56,598 bases of DNA from an uncultured Eubacteriales bacterium (lineage in GTDB: Bacteria > Bacillota > Clostridia > Oscillospirales > Acutalibacteraceae), in assembly GCA_964465845.1 (NCBI GenBank), contig CAYXMF010000002.1, forward strand, positions 1 to 56,598, given 5' to 3'. A model generated the notes under the pieces. That model did no database searches. It was not told where the DNA came from and saw only the letters and a program-made list of their open reading frames with translations. Positions 54,907-56,598 of this stretch are shown piece by piece (position 1 is the first letter of the stretch; the number at the start of each line of letters is the position of its first letter). The position numbers and the translations under genes were made by a program.

Positions 54907-55571
54907 TTTTCCAACTCCCCTACTGTTTTTTCAAGTTCTGAACATTCTTTTTCAGCTTTTTTCAATGCAATTAACTTTTTATTATATTTTTCAAAAATGT
55001 GCGAAAGGTATTCTCTGGATAAATCATCGTTATTTTCAGGCAGTCTGCCAACGATTAAGTCAAAATCTGAATAATTCTTGTTTTCACCGTTATAGTAAAC
55101 ACTTAAAATTATGTAGAGTTTATTGCCGTCTTTTGCAACGCACTCTTTTTCAATATCAAAGCAGTTGTCAAAAAGCGTTTTTCTCAGTTCTTCAATATGA
55201 GTCATTGGCTGTAAAATAAGGTGAATGTCTTTATTCTTGAGCCATTCAGTACGCTCGATAAATTGAGAAATCAGCAATCCGCCCATACCTGCAACTGCTA
55301 TTTCTTCAATTTCATTTTCATTAAAGTTATCTAATCCGTCTGAAAGACGCAATTCAATTTGAGCCGACAAATCGTGTGAAACTACAGTTTCTCTTGCATT
55401 TTCAAGCGGACCAACACGCAAATCTGCCGCAATTGCTTTGCCTATTATCCCCTTTTCCACAAGATAAACAGGAAGATAAGCATGATCAGTACCAATATCT
55501 GCAAAATATTTATTTTTTCTTACCAAATTAGCAAGAGCCATAAGTCTGCTGTCAAGTTGCACACAATTCAC
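54894..55571 (-). CDS. trmK: tRNA (adenine22-N1)-methyltransferase
   Basis: ADIGTDHAYLPVYL motif. GTG start at 55571, or an in-frame GTG at 55562. Confidence 0.85.
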   Translation of the reverse strand: MNCVQLDSRLMALANLVRKNKYFADIGTDHAYLPVYLVEKGIIGKAIAADLRVGPLENARETVVSHDLSAQIELRLSDGLDNFNENEIEEIAVAGMGGLLISQFIERTEWLKNKDIHLILQPMTHIEELRKTLFDNCFDIEKECVAKDGNKLYIILSVYYNGENKNYSDFDLIVGRLPENNDDLSREYLSHIFEKYNKKLIALKKAEKECSELEKTVGELEKWQQ

Positions 55572-55586
55572 CTTCTTTTGAACAAA

Positions 55587-55611
55587 ATCCCCCTATGATT
55601 TATAGGAGGAT
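55587..55611 (-). terminator. hairpin terminator after the DUF1858 gene
   Basis: ATCCTCCTAT / ATAGGGGGAT stem (one mismatch) followed by TTTTGTT on the minus strand. Confidence 0.5.
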
Positions 55612-55621
55612 TTTTGTTTAA

Positions 55622-55834
55622 TTATTTGTTTGCGTTCTCTTTGAGAAATTCATTGATTCCTGCAACGAATTCATCAGGATCAACACCGTGAACCATACAA
55701 GCCTGTTCAACAGTTTCACCTCGTGCTGAAGGACAGCCAAGGCAATGCATTCCAAGATTTAAGAAAAACGGAACTGTTTCTCTTGCATTATCAAGGATTT
55801 CACCGATATTCATATCTTTAGTAACCTGAAACAT
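55622..55834 (-). CDS. DUF1858 / hybrid-cluster-protein-associated redox disulfide protein
   Basis: 70 aa, with the GMHCLGCPSARGETV CxxC motif typical of this family. Confidence 0.8.
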   Translation of the reverse strand: MFQVTKDMNIGEILDNARETVPFFLNLGMHCLGCPSARGETVEQACMVHGVDPDEFVAGINEFLKENANK

Positions 55835-55837
55835 CTT

Positions 55838-56598
55838 TTATTCTCCTTTTACAACTGCAACTTTAATCTTCTTGTCATTCACTGTGAACTCACTTGTGTA
55901 GTCAGCATTCATATCTGCATTGAGCACAAGACTGTCTGCAAGAAGTTCGCTTGCAATATAACTGAGTTTTTCAGTAAGTGCATCAAGAATGAACTCATCA
56001 TCAACAGTGATTGAAGCATTAATTCTTTGCTCAACCTGATAGCCTGCATCCTTACGTGCAACCTGACACTGACGAATGATATCACGAACTACGCCTTCTT
56101 TAAGAAGTTCATCAGTAAGAGCAATATCAAGTGCAACAACGCTTTCTGCTGCAAATTCAGCAGAAACAACACCATCTTTAGTCTTTGACTGAACTGCAAA
56201 TATTGAAGCGTCAAATTTCTCATCCCAACCAGGAACTGAAACTTCACCGCCAGCAACAACTGCTGCTGTAAGTTCTTTCATTTCATCAGCTGAAAGTCCT
56301 TCAAGTGTCTGCTTCATCTTGTTAACATTCTGCTTAAGAACTGCACCTGCAACCTTAAAGTTAACAGTTAAGAACTGATCTTCAAGAACATTGATATCGT
56401 CAATATATTCAACTGCTTTGATGTTAAGTTCATCAAGAATATTTTTCTCAAAAGTCTTGATTTTATCAGCCTTATCAGCGTCACAACAAATATAGAGTTT
56501 TGAAAGTGGCTGACGAACTTTAATCTGCTTTTCATTACGAAGTCTCATTGCTGTTGCAATAACTTCACGAACAAGAGCAGTCTGTTCAATGATTCCGT
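55838..56598 (-). CDS. ileS: isoleucine--tRNA ligase, C-terminal part (the gene continues beyond the right window edge)
   Basis: The frame is open to base 56598 (..GIIEQTALVREVIATAMRLRNEKQIKVRQPL..). This region resembles the C-terminal anticodon-binding extension of type 2 IleS. Confidence 0.75.
   Translation of the reverse strand, partial: GIIEQTALVREVIATAMRLRNEKQIKVRQPLSKLYICCDADKADKIKTFEKNILDELNIKAVEYIDDINVLEDQFLTVNFKVAGAVLKQNVNKMKQTLEGLSADEMKELTAAVVAGGEVSVPGWDEKFDASIFAVQSKTKDGVVSAEFAAESVVALDIALTDELLKEGVVRDIIRQCQVARKDAGYQVEQRINASITVDDEFILDALTEKLSYIASELLADSLVLNADMNADYTSEFTVNDKKIKVAVVKGE

Noticed and set aside
1-56598. A scan for CRISPR arrays, IS elements or transposases, prophage genes, toxin-antitoxin pairs and rRNA operons.
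   Set aside because: I saw no regularly spaced direct repeats. No transposase, integrase or recombinase motifs appear in any ORF. No intergenic region exceeds about 200 nt other than the two riboswitch leaders.

Overview
Low-GC Firmicutes (Clostridia) chromosomal segment. It encodes sporulation genes (spoVM, ytfJ, a DUF2953 ytfI-like gene, a dacB-like gene) and one dockerin-bearing protein. This suggests a spore-forming Ruminococcus-like or Oscillospiraceae organism, but that is an inference. I support about 57 protein genes, 2 tRNAs (Leu-UAG, Ser-GGA), 2 riboswitches (FMN upstream of ribU, SAM-I upstream of metK), a Fur/PerR-type operator, and several sigma-A-like promoters and intrinsic terminators.

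Most of 15.5-44.9 kb is one long minus-strand run of housekeeping genes. It is strikingly syntenic with the Bacillus subtilis ylo and ypu regions: ispDF; cdaA-cdaR; a two-component system; prmC; scpAB; dacB; rluB; yloC-remA-gmk-rpoZ-priA-def-fmt-rsmB-rlmN-prpC-prkC-rsgA-thiN-spoVM.

The accessory-looking parts are 1.1-14.4 kb and 46.3-49.9 kb. The first holds GH2 plus a WYL regulator, a tRNA-led CapA-like/TIM-barrel/Nudix operon, an amidase, an AT-rich orphan, two-subunit aconitase-X, a dockerin-tagged glucosaminidase and a GHL10 lipoprotein. The second holds a cytoplasmic sulfatase, manA and an MFS transporter.

I saw no CRISPR array, transposase, integrase, prophage or recognisable defence system. 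The best candidates for undescribed biology are:
- cdaA-cdaR runs into an FG-GAP-like lipoprotein plus RR/HK module instead of glmM, with twin perfect palindromes upstream of cdaA.
- A 48-aa membrane sORF missing from the ORF track is translationally coupled to spoVM.
- An orphan two-subunit AcnX operon has no pathway context.
- A three-enzyme operon appears to be transcribed only by read-through of a tRNA-Leu terminator.

Several ORF-track starts are over-extended (TTG/GTG or upstream ATG). I re-set them using Shine-Dalgarno spacing. All homology calls come from motif and family recognition by eye; no searches were run.
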